From Alphaproteobacteria bacterium (GTDB taxonomy: Bacteria > Pseudomonadota > Alphaproteobacteria > MPNO01): a stretch of DNA of 64,000 bases. Below, piece after piece: positions 20,825-30,786 of the stretch. Under the pieces are notes generated by a model. The model saw only the letters and a list, made by a program, of their open reading frames with translations. It did not search any database and was not told the DNA's origin. The number at the start of each line of letters is the position of its first letter. Positions within the stretch are counted from its first letter, which is position 1. The stretch lies in contig OZ219866.1 of NCBI GenBank assembly GCA_964291675.2, positions 1 through 64,000 of the forward strand, in the 5' to 3' direction. Made by a program: the position numbers and the translations under genes.

Positions 20825-21406
20825 TCAGGCGTTCTGCGGCGACGCCGGCGGCACGGTGGCGGCTTCGGAGAGGCGGCCGACGTGGATGCGGCCGATCCAG
20901 GCATCGGAGCGCGCGGCGGAGTCGTCTTCGCGAACGTGCTGCCGCAATTCCATCCAGAGCCGACCGAGGACGTTGTGGCCCTCGTAGCGATCACCCGAGG
21001 GACTCGCGCCCCACCAGGGGTCGCGGGTCGAGACCTCGACGATGGGGCGCTCGCCGGTTGCGGCCAGCACCGCGTCGATCTCGGCCTTGTTCGCCTCGCG
21101 CTTGCACCGCAGCACCCAGCGCATGACGTCGACGCGCCGCGCGTTCCAGCCGGGGTCGATGCCGAGACCCGGGGTGCGGCCGATGGCCGCGGCCTCCTTC
21201 GGCGTCGGCGCTTCGGCGATGCGCCGCTGGACGCCGGGGCGCGCCGGAAACTTGCAGGCTTGATACAAGCCTTCGGACGATCGGAATTGCCAGGGGCCCG
21301 CCAAGATGGGCACGGCGAGGGGGAAGAAGTTGCTGAGCTCGCCCCACGCCGCCTTGGAAAAGCGGAAAGCGCACGACTTCTCTCTTTCGTAGCTGCGCAT
21401 CGGCAC
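20825..21406 (-). CDS. NADAR (YbiA/DUF1768) family protein
   Basis: LSNFF..SSEGLYQACKF..IVEVSTRDPWWGA..GHNVLGRLWMELR. Confidence 0.88.
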   Translation of the reverse strand: MPMRSYEREKSCAFRFSKAAWGELSNFFPLAVPILAGPWQFRSSEGLYQACKFPARPGVQRRIAEAPTPKEAAAIGRTPGLGIDPGWNARRVDVMRWVLRCKREANKAEIDAVLAATGERPIVEVSTRDPWWGASPSGDRYEGHNVLGRLWMELRQHVREDDSAARSDAWIGRIHVGRLSEAATVPPASPQNA

Positions 21407-21675
21407 CTCCCGTGCAGGCGGCCGTCGCGGGCGCGGGGGACTCGCTTCCCCGCCCGGGGCCTCGGCCCCTCTCGTTCCGGCCTCTGCCTCGCGGCGTCGG
21501 CAACAGTGGGAGGCGGCGTCGGGTTCGAGAGAACGGAATGCCGGGACGGAGTGAGCCGGCAGATCGCCAATTCGGGCAACGACAACGCGCGCCGGGTCGC
21601 ACGCCTCATGGCGCCGGGAAACGAGACCGTGAGGCGGCCGAGTCGCCGAACGTCAGGGAGGATGTCGGTGGGGCG

Positions 21676-22014
21676 TCAGTGAAGCGGGAAGGGAATCACG
21701 TTCCCGGCATCGCCCGCGGGGTCGGTGCGGATCGTGAATAATGCGGGCGGACCCTCGCCGGCGGCGTTCTTGCTGCGGACCTGCATCTCGTACTCGGTGT
21801 CGGGCTTGAGGTCGATGAAGGTGAAGGTGGGGAGCGGAGTCTCGAAACCGAAGGACCACTCTTCCGCGCCCGCCTCGCGAATGCGGACGACATAGGTCGC
21901 GCCGGGCTTCCTGGCCGCGTTGACCGCCCTGCCGTCATCGAGGGGCAGCGTGACGGACCATTGGTTGTCCTTCCACTCGATCCGGGGCTTCGCGCCCTCC
22001 TGTCCGGGAATCAC
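21676..22014 (-). CDS. Small fibronectin type III domain protein
   Basis: YVVRIRE..W..FTFIDLKPDTEYEMQVRSKNAAGEGP. Confidence 0.7.
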   Translation of the reverse strand: MIPGQEGAKPRIEWKDNQWSVTLPLDDGRAVNAARKPGATYVVRIREAGAEEWSFGFETPLPTFTFIDLKPDTEYEMQVRSKNAAGEGPPALFTIRTDPAGDAGNVIPFPLH

Positions 22015-22099
22015 GTCCTCCGCCTGACGGATATGGTCGCGGAGAGCGCCGTTCGGTGTAGCGCGTCAAACCTTGCGGCATCGCGCGGGCAGGAAGGAA

Positions 22100-22290
22100 A
22101 GCCGCGCTCGGCATGCGTGGCGCGGCTCACTCGTCTTTGGACGGTCCGTGCCGGACGAGCCTGGTCCCGAATCCACGGACGGCGAGAGCTTGGCGATACG
22201 TTCGAGGCGGGGTGTCGAAAATGGGGGATGTTCGACCGCTTCCTGTCGTTCGATGCCCGTCTCGTGCAGGACCGTCGGGCGGGCCACTGA
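22100..22290 (+). pseudogene. Degenerate C-terminal fragment of the 22388/48735 protein family
   Basis: CRKWGMFDRFLSFDARLVQDRRAGH versus WRKTALFDRFLAFDVELSQEGRAGH. Confidence 0.6.
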
Positions 22291-22387
22291 ACGGCGCGGA
22301 GAGGGCCGGTCGCCGAACTCGCGACGCCGCGGTGGGGATCGTTCGGATGCGGGGCGGTCCTGCCGTGGCGGGAGGCGGTTGCCCGCC

Positions 22388-23251
22388 TCAGTGCAGCGGG
22401 CGCCCGGTTCCGGCGAGGTGCGGGTAGAAGTGCAGGAAACGGTCGAACAACGGGGTCTTGCGCCAGGTCCCTCCCTCGCGGGAGGTGTCGCCGGCCTCCA
22501 CGTTCCGCTCGACCAGGCCGAACCAGAGCAGCGGCCGCAGCACGCGCATGGCGAACAGGATCAGCGGGACGTAGTCGGGGTTTCTCGAAACCGCGTCGTT
22601 GGGCAGCACGGCCTGCCGCATCAGCGTCCCGGTGTCCTGCCACCGGTCGCCCGTGATCGCCAGCGACCACAGCGCCACGCCGATCAGCTGCTGCGGCCAG
22701 GCGCCGCACTCGCCGTCCCCGAAGAGGTCGAGGCTGACGCGCCAGAAGGCGGTCCGGAACAGGGTGTCGTGGAGCCTTGCCAGACGGCCCGCCATCGCGG
22801 CGCGGCCCGCCGCGGCGAGCCTGAGCCGGGCGCCGGCGCGCTCCAGGTTCCCGGACCGCTCCAGCAGCGCCCGGACGAGGCGCAACTCCTCGACATGCCG
22901 CTCGCTCAACTGTTTTCCGGCGCGCCACTTCTCCTCGAACGCGCAGCCCGGCCACTCCATCGCGTCGCGCATCGCCGTGACCTCGGCGCGGGTCAGGTTT
23001 CCCCGCGCCGTGAGCTTCAGGCCGTCTCCCTCCGATGCCGCGCCCAGCAGCACCAGTGCGTTGCGCACCATGGCGCAATCCGCGACCTCCCCGTCGTCCA
23101 GATCCGCCGCCAGGCGAAGCGGACCGCCCGCGGCAGGGGGCTCGGGCCACAGGGCGTCGACGGCCGCCTCGTTGAGGAGCGCCCAGGTGGGTTCGACCCC
23201 GTCCAGCCAGGCCTGGTACTCGTCGGGAATGCCCGGCACTTTCCGGGTCAT
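22388..23251 (-). CDS. Hypothetical protein, homologous to the C-terminal domain of the HU fusion at 48735
   Basis: Shared GVEP.WxLL, LRLAADL, AMRxAMxWPG, RVLxPLxWFGL, WRKTxLFDRFL. Confidence 0.75.
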   Translation of the reverse strand: MTRKVPGIPDEYQAWLDGVEPTWALLNEAAVDALWPEPPAAGGPLRLAADLDDGEVADCAMVRNALVLLGAASEGDGLKLTARGNLTRAEVTAMRDAMEWPGCAFEEKWRAGKQLSERHVEELRLVRALLERSGNLERAGARLRLAAAGRAAMAGRLARLHDTLFRTAFWRVSLDLFGDGECGAWPQQLIGVALWSLAITGDRWQDTGTLMRQAVLPNDAVSRNPDYVPLILFAMRVLRPLLWFGLVERNVEAGDTSREGGTWRKTPLFDRFLHFYPHLAGTGRPLH

Positions 23252-23476
23252 GGTTGCGGCCTCCCCGCTCTTGTCGAACGCGCCCGAGGGCGCGCCGGAA
23301 GGGGCGCAAGGCGGGGCGTTCGCGATAGCCGCCTTGTGCCGGCATTATGCATGTCTCGTCAACCGGGCCCTTGGATGCGGGTGTCGCGGGCGTGCCGAAG
23401 GCATCGCCGGTGTGGCACGAACGACAGGCGGGGTTGGGATGGGCGCAACTCGGGGGACGGAGGTCGCAGGGACTGG

Positions 23477-23598
23477 TGCGCGATCGGTTTCCCTACGGAA
23501 ACAAGGAAGTTGCGTTCAACATGGGCGGCCGATACAGGGCGGATGGCTGGTATGCGCCGTCCGGCATTGATCTCGACGCATTCCGCGAGCGGGGGTGA
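23477..23598 (+). pseudogene. Possible DUF5710-like fragment
   Basis: FPYGNKEVAFNMGGRY...WYAPSGIDLDAF resembles the PYxEKDxAKxxGARW..WYxP pattern. Confidence 0.3.
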
Positions 23599-23748
23599 CT
23601 GTAGTGCTACAACGGGCTGAACAGGGAATTCGTCGAACAGGTGCATTTGGTTCGGCGCGGAACACGCGCGCGAGGCGCTGAGAGTGCGTCTGGGAACCCC
23701 AGGCGCTGCGGGACGGGTGCGGCACCGGCGAGCGGTGGCGGAGGAATA

Positions 23749-24243
23749 ATGAGAAAGAAGAGACCGCGGCCGGCCTCCCCCGACCAGGTACGGATCTCCC
23801 GTGAAGGTGAAACCGCCGTCATCGAGTACGCCGACCCCTCCGTTTCGGTCGTGAACCTGCAAGTGGGTCCGTCGCTTGCGGAGATGACCGACCCGGAGGT
23901 GCTGGAGCTGTTCAACGACATGCTCGAAGCGCAGGCCAAGATCGCGGCGAGCTTCGACCCGACCCTGACCGAGATCCCGCCGGGATGTCCGCAGATCGAG
24001 TACAGAGAGGGGAGCGACCAATGGGTTCCGCGCGGTCATGTGCTGCGCTGCCATATCGAGGACGACGAGGAAGGAAGACCCGTCATCCATGTCGACGATA
24101 ACGAGCTGGACCTCAAGGCCTTCGGCCGGATGCTTCTGACATTCTGCGGATTCGGGATGCGTATCGCCTTCGTGGACGAGGAGGACGTGAACAATGAACC
24201 CGAGATCGTGGTGAGGGAGCCGGAAGACAAGGAGGATCGATGA
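23749..24243 (+). CDS. Acidic hypothetical protein
   Basis: GGAGGA RBS and coding-like codon usage; C-terminal PVIHVDDNELDLKAFGRMLLTFCGF. Confidence 0.7.
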   Translation: MRKKRPRPASPDQVRISREGETAVIEYADPSVSVVNLQVGPSLAEMTDPEVLELFNDMLEAQAKIAASFDPTLTEIPPGCPQIEYREGSDQWVPRGHVLRCHIEDDEEGRPVIHVDDNELDLKAFGRMLLTFCGFGMRIAFVDEEDVNNEPEIVVREPEDKEDR

Positions 24244-24714
24244 GCGGTAGAGCGGCCGTGCATGTGGTGGAACGCCGGTTCGAACTGCATCAGATATTTG
24301 GTCTGATGGTGAAGATGCGCAGTAGTTGTCTTGAATGGCTCGGCGTTTGGTTGAGTTGGCTCTTGTGTTCGGCTAGGCGTTCAGGCAGAGCCTGTAGTGG
24401 TATACGGATGCATTTCAATCGGTACCTATGCGGTGCCTAGCTGAAAATTATAGCCCGGCCCCACGCCACACCATACCAAGCACGAAGAGTTCCCCCTCAG
24501 CATCATCGGCGGACTTGAAGCCCTCGTCGGATGGCCTGCGTAACAAGGGGAGCCGTGGTATTCAATTTCTCGAACGAGCCATCGAATTCGCGCGTCTCCA
24601 CTGTGTACAGCGTTGCTAAGGTTTCTTTCTCAACAACATCATCTCCTTTTATACGCGTACTATGGGCGTTCACGCCCTGTATCTTTAGATGCTGACTGTT
24701 CATCCTCAGGTAGT

Positions 24715-25185
24715 TCAACGAATATGGAGCCAAGAAACTTTATTCAGATTTGCAACCATCGTGTATTGGTACACCGCGCGGTTTGGTGTCCGGGGTTGGC
24801 CGCCTGCATTCATAGCCCAATTCATCATTCGAAACACTTTTCTTATTTGCAATATGTCTTCAAAATCAATGTGAGATGCACCCCTATCCAAGATTTCCTT
24901 CATATCATTGTTTAGTTCTTCGAATATGGTTTTGCGTACAACATCAGCCGGTACGGTTTGACCGGTAGGTAATGGGGTGGGCTGGGCGTTTAGAATTAGG
25001 CTAGTTTGTTCCTGAATCACTTGCCGAATATACCTTTTCTGTTTACGTTTCTTCGCATGATTGGAAACGAACAAATAAGCTAGAGTAACAATCCAAACAC
25101 CAACACCAATCATCAAGCCTTCCACAATGGAGAACAGTTCAAAGTGATCTTGCGAAGTTGGTGCGGGAATTTGGTCGTTGAACAT
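24715..25185 (-). CDS. Single-TM hypothetical protein, lower GC
   Basis: TM segment IVEGLMIGVGVWIVTLAYLFV followed by a basic stop-transfer patch. Confidence 0.6.
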   Translation of the reverse strand: MFNDQIPAPTSQDHFELFSIVEGLMIGVGVWIVTLAYLFVSNHAKKRKQKRYIRQVIQEQTSLILNAQPTPLPTGQTVPADVVRKTIFEELNNDMKEILDRGASHIDFEDILQIRKVFRMMNWAMNAGGQPRTPNRAVYQYTMVANLNKVSWLHIR

Positions 25186-25380
25186 ACTGATTGTTCTCCC
25201 AAATGCGGCGATCGCTCTTCGCCAGTGTTGTGGTCACGGTTAGCGGAGCCCATGTCTCGCTCAGCGGTAGAGAGTGTTGTCCATGCCAGTTGTGCGACGA
25301 CCTCGTAAACGGCGGCACATAGATCAGCGGCAACCTCTTCTTGTCATCAGACGACTTTTACTCTAGATTGAAGGTCGGCG

Positions 25381-26241
25381 TCAGCGACTAACGATCAACG
25401 AGCCATCATCCTGAAGTTGTAGCCTTCCTCGGCGTTTGCTAGGCTGCAAGTAGTGTGAAATCGGATCGTTTGCGTACTTCAATCTTGGCATGACTGCGTA
25501 AAGCCATGTCAGAAGATTTGGGAGAACCTCGTCTCCGGTTCCTGGATACATATGGTATCCCGTGAGAGGCCTGTTCTTACTGTCCATCGTAAAGATCCTG
25601 GACTCTTCGGGTCTGCCCCAGTGGCAGAATACGCCCTTGTCGAGCACGAATAGGCCATCGATTAGAGGTCTCTCAATAGGCCTGAGTTCATTTTCGTCCC
25701 ATTCTTCCAGCTTGGATAGCAGGCTGGGCATACTTACCTTTGAGTCGAACGCGAATGCGAAATAAGGTCTTCGCCAGATGAACCGCCTTGCCTCGGACGG
25801 CGGCACGGTGCTTACGGCGCCCTTGACCGCTTCAGGCTCGACAATCATCTTCTTGAAGGCTTTGGCCTTGAGGAAGATGTCACGTAACTCTCCTTCTACG
25901 CTCGCGATGACGCTCTTCGTCTCTGCTGCACACTCGACGCTCTCGATGATGAATTTCTGTGGGTGCTCCCAACTGTCCTTGAGCGCCACGTGATATTCGT
26001 TTGCGATTATGACGTCAGTCTGGCGACTTATGAAACCCTCGATACTGAATACCTCCCCGTGTCCAACCCGATAGGGAAGATACCGCCTGAGGAACTCTCT
26101 CAGTATTCTCTCGTATCCTGAGCCCTTTATGTCGGTACTGCTGAAATCTTGGCGGATCTTTTCGAAGGCCTCTCGAAGACCCTTTCCTTCCTTGACGACA
26201 GCGGCTTTGAATATTTCGTGTCCAGATTTCCGTCGTGCCAT
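25381..26241 (-). CDS. DUF6602-like PD-(D/E)xK nuclease-fold protein
   Basis: KGSGYERILREFLRRYLP..GEV..SRQTDVII..IESVECAAETKS. Confidence 0.7.
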   Translation of the reverse strand: MARRKSGHEIFKAAVVKEGKGLREAFEKIRQDFSSTDIKGSGYERILREFLRRYLPYRVGHGEVFSIEGFISRQTDVIIANEYHVALKDSWEHPQKFIIESVECAAETKSVIASVEGELRDIFLKAKAFKKMIVEPEAVKGAVSTVPPSEARRFIWRRPYFAFAFDSKVSMPSLLSKLEEWDENELRPIERPLIDGLFVLDKGVFCHWGRPEESRIFTMDSKNRPLTGYHMYPGTGDEVLPNLLTWLYAVMPRLKYANDPISHYLQPSKRRGRLQLQDDGSLIVSR

Positions 26242-26749
26242 ATTTATCTGCTCTCCTGTACGTCGATGATGGCTGCAGCCAAACCTTCAGACTTACCTTC
26301 GCAGTGCCGTTCAGCTCCCGATCGACGATTACACTCTCCTTCTCCACTGCATCCGACATCTGCGATCGTGTCCGCTTCGTCCTTGGTGGACACTTACCAA
26401 GTGTGCCTCCCCATCGCACAGCCTCACTAGGTCACACTAATCCGAGAAGGCGGCGCAACGCGGAGGGTTACACAGATAGGGTAATTGCCTGACAGTTACA
26501 CTCCCGCTGGGGTTCGGGCGACCTGGTTCATTTTCTTCTCCTCTGGTAGAGGAACCATCCGGTGGCGCTTAGGTGGCTCTCCAGCGAGTTCACTATGTTC
26601 TTCACCTCCGTCTCTTTACCGCACGCCGTGTGGGTACAAGTGACTATTCAAGCCATGTCGTACACCCGTTTCTGCGGCAATCGGTATCATTGAAATTGAA
26701 AAAGGCAGGGATATGTGCGCGGCGACAGTGTTTCCCATGACGATGACAG

Positions 26750-27445
26750 TCAGCATGATTGATCCAGAGATTTCTTCTCATAAACAGTTGAAATCCGCTG
26801 TCCGTCCCAATAATAGCAAAGGTGCCGTTCCTGTCTTCCGTTGGAAAGAAGACGGGGCCGGAATGCGGCAACACACTCGCCATCATCGTGGCAGAGGCTG
26901 TCGTAGGCAATGCCGTTCGAGTCGTCCGATCGGAGCGTCTTCGCCAGATGCTGCCCGGCCGCGTAGTCGTCGTCGTGGTAGACGAGCGGGTAAGTTGACT
27001 GTCGACCGCGCAAGTCGTGCAGCTCGCCATCGAGGTCTACGGCGTAGACCCGCAAGTCGAGTTCCATCCGAGGCTGTGCCGTCGCGCGCATGAAGCGCTC
27101 GCGATGGTGCTTGGATTCGGCAATGGCGGTGCCCAAACCCTTTGCGGCATAGAACACGCCGTAGGTGCCGTCCGAAAATCTGCTGCCCTCCGGGTTCAGA
27201 TGGGTGAAGGCTGCCATGATGATGCTGGAGCCTGGACCGCTGACGCGGTCCTCAGGGGGAACAAGCCGGATATCGCCGACTTCATCCCGCAGACGCGGAT
27301 TGGTCAGCGATTCGAGTTCCAGGATCGCCTCCAGGTCGCCAGCGTCCGTCACTCGTTCGAACAGTTGGATCGGCGGGAACCGGCTGGGAATGATGCGCCA
27401 GCACGGCTTCCAGCGAACACGGACAAGAGGAAGCGTCAAGTCCAC
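26750..27445 (-). CDS. RES-domain toxin (NAD+-degrading family)
   Basis: RIIPSRFPPIQLFE..SRFSDGTYGVFYAA..AIAE..GIAYDS; the GTG start overlaps the antitoxin end. Confidence 0.9.
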   Translation of the reverse strand: MDLTLPLVRVRWKPCWRIIPSRFPPIQLFERVTDAGDLEAILELESLTNPRLRDEVGDIRLVPPEDRVSGPGSSIIMAAFTHLNPEGSRFSDGTYGVFYAAKGLGTAIAESKHHRERFMRATAQPRMELDLRVYAVDLDGELHDLRGRQSTYPLVYHDDDYAAGQHLAKTLRSDDSNGIAYDSLCHDDGECVAAFRPRLLSNGRQERHLCYYWDGQRISTVYEKKSLDQSC

Positions 27446-27840
27446 CCGCCTCGCTGTGCGTCGAGGTACTGCCTGACCAGGAACAGGTCCGCGACCTGAC
27501 CCGAGAGCATGCGATCGAGCGCAGACCGACCGCCGAACAGGGGCGCCGCGTTCGGTCGCTTTACCCATTCGTCCGCCGCCGCCTCATCGGGTAGCAGGAT
27601 CTGGAGCGCCTTGTAAACGCCAAGGACGTACGAGATCCGTTCCAGCGTATCTTTGGGCAGAACCGCGTTGGGGTCCCTCTTCCACTTGAAGAAGGTTGAT
27701 CGGGCAGTCACACCGAGAAGGATCATTTGCTGGTCGACCGAGAGCCCCCAGAGTTGCGCGATACGGAAGAAGGTGCGCAGCGCCGGGCCGGATAGTCCCT
27801 TCCGGTCGGTGGCGGTAGCCGGGCGGGCTTTTGTGAGCAT
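27436..27840 (-). CDS. Xre/MbcA/ParS antitoxin
   Basis: LERISYVLGVYKALQIL..WVKRPN..FGGRSALDRM..VRQYLDAQRG. Confidence 0.9.
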   Translation of the reverse strand: MLTKARPATATDRKGLSGPALRTFFRIAQLWGLSVDQQMILLGVTARSTFFKWKRDPNAVLPKDTLERISYVLGVYKALQILLPDEAAADEWVKRPNAAPLFGGRSALDRMLSGQVADLFLVRQYLDAQRGGWT

Positions 27841-28002
27841 GGCAGAATCCCTATATGGCCTTCATGAAAAGATAGTTCACATATAGACCGATGACAAGTG
27901 GAGCCGCCCGGGTGGGTCGGTGGTCAGGGGATGTCTGGAGTTATCACCAATTCCGTTCCGAGGCCATTCCGAAACGCGTTTCTTCCAAGGTTGACCAGAA
28001 AT

Positions 28003-28039
28003 GGAAACGCCGCTAAGATATTGTCTTAGCGGCGTTTCC
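28003..28039 (-). terminator. Perfect 16-bp hairpin downstream of the tRNA fragment
   Basis: GGAAACGCCGCTAAGA-TATTG-TCTTAGCGGCGTTTCC. Confidence 0.75.
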
Positions 28040-28040
28040 T

Positions 28041-28086
<46 letters not shown>

Positions 28087-28275
28087 TTTGGCCACAATCT
28101 GCGTCTCTCGTAAGCTGACGTAAGCTGAGTGATGATAACTCGTTGAATTACAGGCCTTTCATGGTTTCTATCATACGCATGCGCCGCCTGAGGTAAGCCA
28201 CGAGTAGATGCAAAGTGTTTGCCAATAGTTTGCCAGCTTGCTAGAACGCCCTCCCGGCGTCAAGGATTTCTGGCC

Positions 28276-29460
28276 ATGGCAAACCGCATTCCGAAACTCA
28301 CCAGGCGCGCCGTCGAGGCCCTCAAGGCGAACGGCGCCGATACCGTCTACTGGGACGGCGAGCTGACCGGCTTCGGCGTCCGGGTCCGGAAGTCGGGGCG
28401 GAAGAACTACGTCCTCCAGACCCGGGTGCGCGGCAAGCTGCGCTGGTTCACCATTGGCCAGCACGGACCCATCACCCCGGACGAGGCCAGGGTCGCGGCG
28501 CTGGAGATCCTGGCCCAGGCGAAAGCGGGGATCGATCCCCGCGACGCCGATGCGAAGCGCAAGGCCGAGCCGGTCATGGCCGAGCTCGGCAGGCGGTTCC
28601 TCGAGGAGTATGTCCCCACCCACTGCAAGCCCAGCACCCAGGGGGAATACCGGCGCTCGGTAGAGCTCTTCATCGACCCCGCGATCGGCGAGATGCGGAT
28701 CGCCGAGGTGGAGCGCAAGGACATCGCCAAGCTGCACTTCGACCTGCGCGACAAGCCCTACCAGGCGAACCGGACGCTCGGCGTCCTCTCCAAGATGTTC
28801 TCGCTCGCCGAGATCTGGGGCCTGCGGCCGGACGGGTCCAATCCCTGCCGGCACGTCAAGCGCTACAAGGAGAACAAGCGCGAGCGGTTCCTGTCGCCCG
28901 AGGAGACCGAACGGCTGGGCGAGGTTCTCCGCGAGGCCGAGAGCGAGATGCCGTCCGCGGTCGCCGCCTTTCGCCTCTTGCTGCTGACCGGGTGCCGGCT
29001 GTCGGAAATCCAGTTCCTGCGCTGGGAGCACGTCAAGGACGACTGCATCGAGCTGCCCGACGCGAAGACCGGGGGGCGTGTCGTGCCGCTCGGGCCCGAG
29101 GCCCGCGCTGTGCTGGCGGACTTGCCCCGGGAGGACGGCAACCCCTGGGTCATCCGCGGCAAACTGCCGGGCACCCATCTCACCGATCTCCAGCGCCCCT
29201 GGCGCCGCATCCGCGAGCGCGCCGGGCTGGAGGACGTGCGCATTCACGACCTTCGTCACTCGTACGCTTCAAGGGCGCTAGCCCTAGGTGAGAGCCTCAC
29301 GATGATCGGGAAACTGCTCGGTCACACGCAGGTACAGACGACCGCCCGGTACGCTCACCTGGCCCGGGATTCCATCCAGAGCGCCGCAGCGCGGATCACC
29401 GGGAGCATCGGAGGGAACCTGTCGTCCAATCAAGGCGTCGAAGAACCCGCTAAGCAATGA
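28276..29460 (+). CDS. Tyrosine integrase with arm-binding N-terminus
   Basis: WDGELTGFGVRV, LLTGCRLSEI, AKTG, HDLRHSYAS, LLGH..TTARY. Confidence 0.95.
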   Translation: MANRIPKLTRRAVEALKANGADTVYWDGELTGFGVRVRKSGRKNYVLQTRVRGKLRWFTIGQHGPITPDEARVAALEILAQAKAGIDPRDADAKRKAEPVMAELGRRFLEEYVPTHCKPSTQGEYRRSVELFIDPAIGEMRIAEVERKDIAKLHFDLRDKPYQANRTLGVLSKMFSLAEIWGLRPDGSNPCRHVKRYKENKRERFLSPEETERLGEVLREAESEMPSAVAAFRLLLLTGCRLSEIQFLRWEHVKDDCIELPDAKTGGRVVPLGPEARAVLADLPREDGNPWVIRGKLPGTHLTDLQRPWRRIRERAGLEDVRIHDLRHSYASRALALGESLTMIGKLLGHTQVQTTARYAHLARDSIQSAAARITGSIGGNLSSNQGVEEPAKQ

Positions 29461-29748
29461 GCGCACATAATTTACTTCGCACACGGCCAGCCACGCGGTC
29501 GTGGACAATCCGGCAGTTCGTCCACGCTACGTCCTGCTACCGCCGCTCACCCATACACGACCCGTGGGCGACCCCGTGGGCGTCGAATTCCCAGAGCGCG
29601 GCAACGCCTAAACGGGACCCCGCAATCTGATCGTGCCATTTGGGCTATAGCTGGCGACACAGCGGGCATTCAAGTAACAAGGCGGTAGGGAGCCGGTCGC
29701 AGCAGCGACTTGTCATGGTTTACCAGCCACACAGAAGGACCTTCAACC

Positions 29749-30606
29749 GTGGATGAGCAGGCGCTTGAGGCACTCGCCGAGTTCATTTGTGGAGACGACA
29801 AAGACACGGCTCCCGTCTATCGGTCGGGCAGCATGCTCACGCGGTTCTTCCAAACCGCTGGTCTCCCCCGATTTGTTCACGACGGGTCGACGCGCAAGTG
29901 GTGGACCTTGAGCGCGCTGCAACAATGCACACCAGACGAACTTAGGAAGATCATATTGCGCCTGGCTTCACCCCGCGAATATCGAAGTGATGCTCCCTCA
30001 ACGAGAAAAGCGATCAACGCTCTCAACCACATTTTTCAGCTTGAAGGCCTACGCATCGACTTCAAGAACGGACAACCACTCATCGTGCCCGTTCCAATTG
30101 ACTTTGACTTAGGTGCGGGTGCTGAAGAAAGGGAACTAGTTCCACAGCCTCCACCCGATTTCCTCGCCTTAGGTCTCGATGTAGGCATTGGTGACTTGCT
30201 GGACTTGCGCTGGCGTGAAGCCCAACTATGCGTAGACAACGAGGCATATCTTTCAGCCACAATCGCCATGGGCAGCCTGCTAGAGGGACTATTGTTGGGC
30301 GTGCTTATGCATCGTCCCGAGGTAGCAAATCGCTCCAAATCTGCACCAAAAGACGCTACCGGAAAAGTGAAAGAGTTTCCAGATTGGACCTTATCTCAAA
30401 TGATAGATGTTGCTCATTCTGTCGGTTGGATCGATCTGGATGTCAAACGCTTTTCTCACGCTCTAAGGGAGTTTCGAAACCTCATTCACCCATACCAGCA
30501 ATTGGCATTGCGCACCAATCCTGATGCGGACACATGTGGAATAAGCTGGCTTGTCGTACAAGCTGCCGCAAATGATCTCGCTCGAGTGCTGACTTCGAAG
30601 AAATGA
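29749..30606 (+). CDS. AbiJ-like N-terminal domain plus HEPN-like domain; candidate defence effector
   Basis: ICGD..YRSG..LTRFF..DGSTRKWW N-terminus; GSLLEGLL..WTLSQMI..LREFRNLIHP. Confidence 0.65.
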   Translation: MDEQALEALAEFICGDDKDTAPVYRSGSMLTRFFQTAGLPRFVHDGSTRKWWTLSALQQCTPDELRKIILRLASPREYRSDAPSTRKAINALNHIFQLEGLRIDFKNGQPLIVPVPIDFDLGAGAEERELVPQPPPDFLALGLDVGIGDLLDLRWREAQLCVDNEAYLSATIAMGSLLEGLLLGVLMHRPEVANRSKSAPKDATGKVKEFPDWTLSQMIDVAHSVGWIDLDVKRFSHALREFRNLIHPYQQLALRTNPDADTCGISWLVVQAAANDLARVLTSKK

Positions 30607-30786
30607 TGAAGCAAGAGCATCGCCCGCAACTATTGAAGGGGTGTCAAGTGGAGCAGGACCCGTTAGCCAGAATCACCGTTACCGGATTGCAGGCCGGCGA
30701 GAAAACAGGAGCCGTTCAACGGATGCGGTTTTCAAGTCAATTTTTCCCAAATACTTTGGAATTCTGACCATCGGAATGAAACTCGC

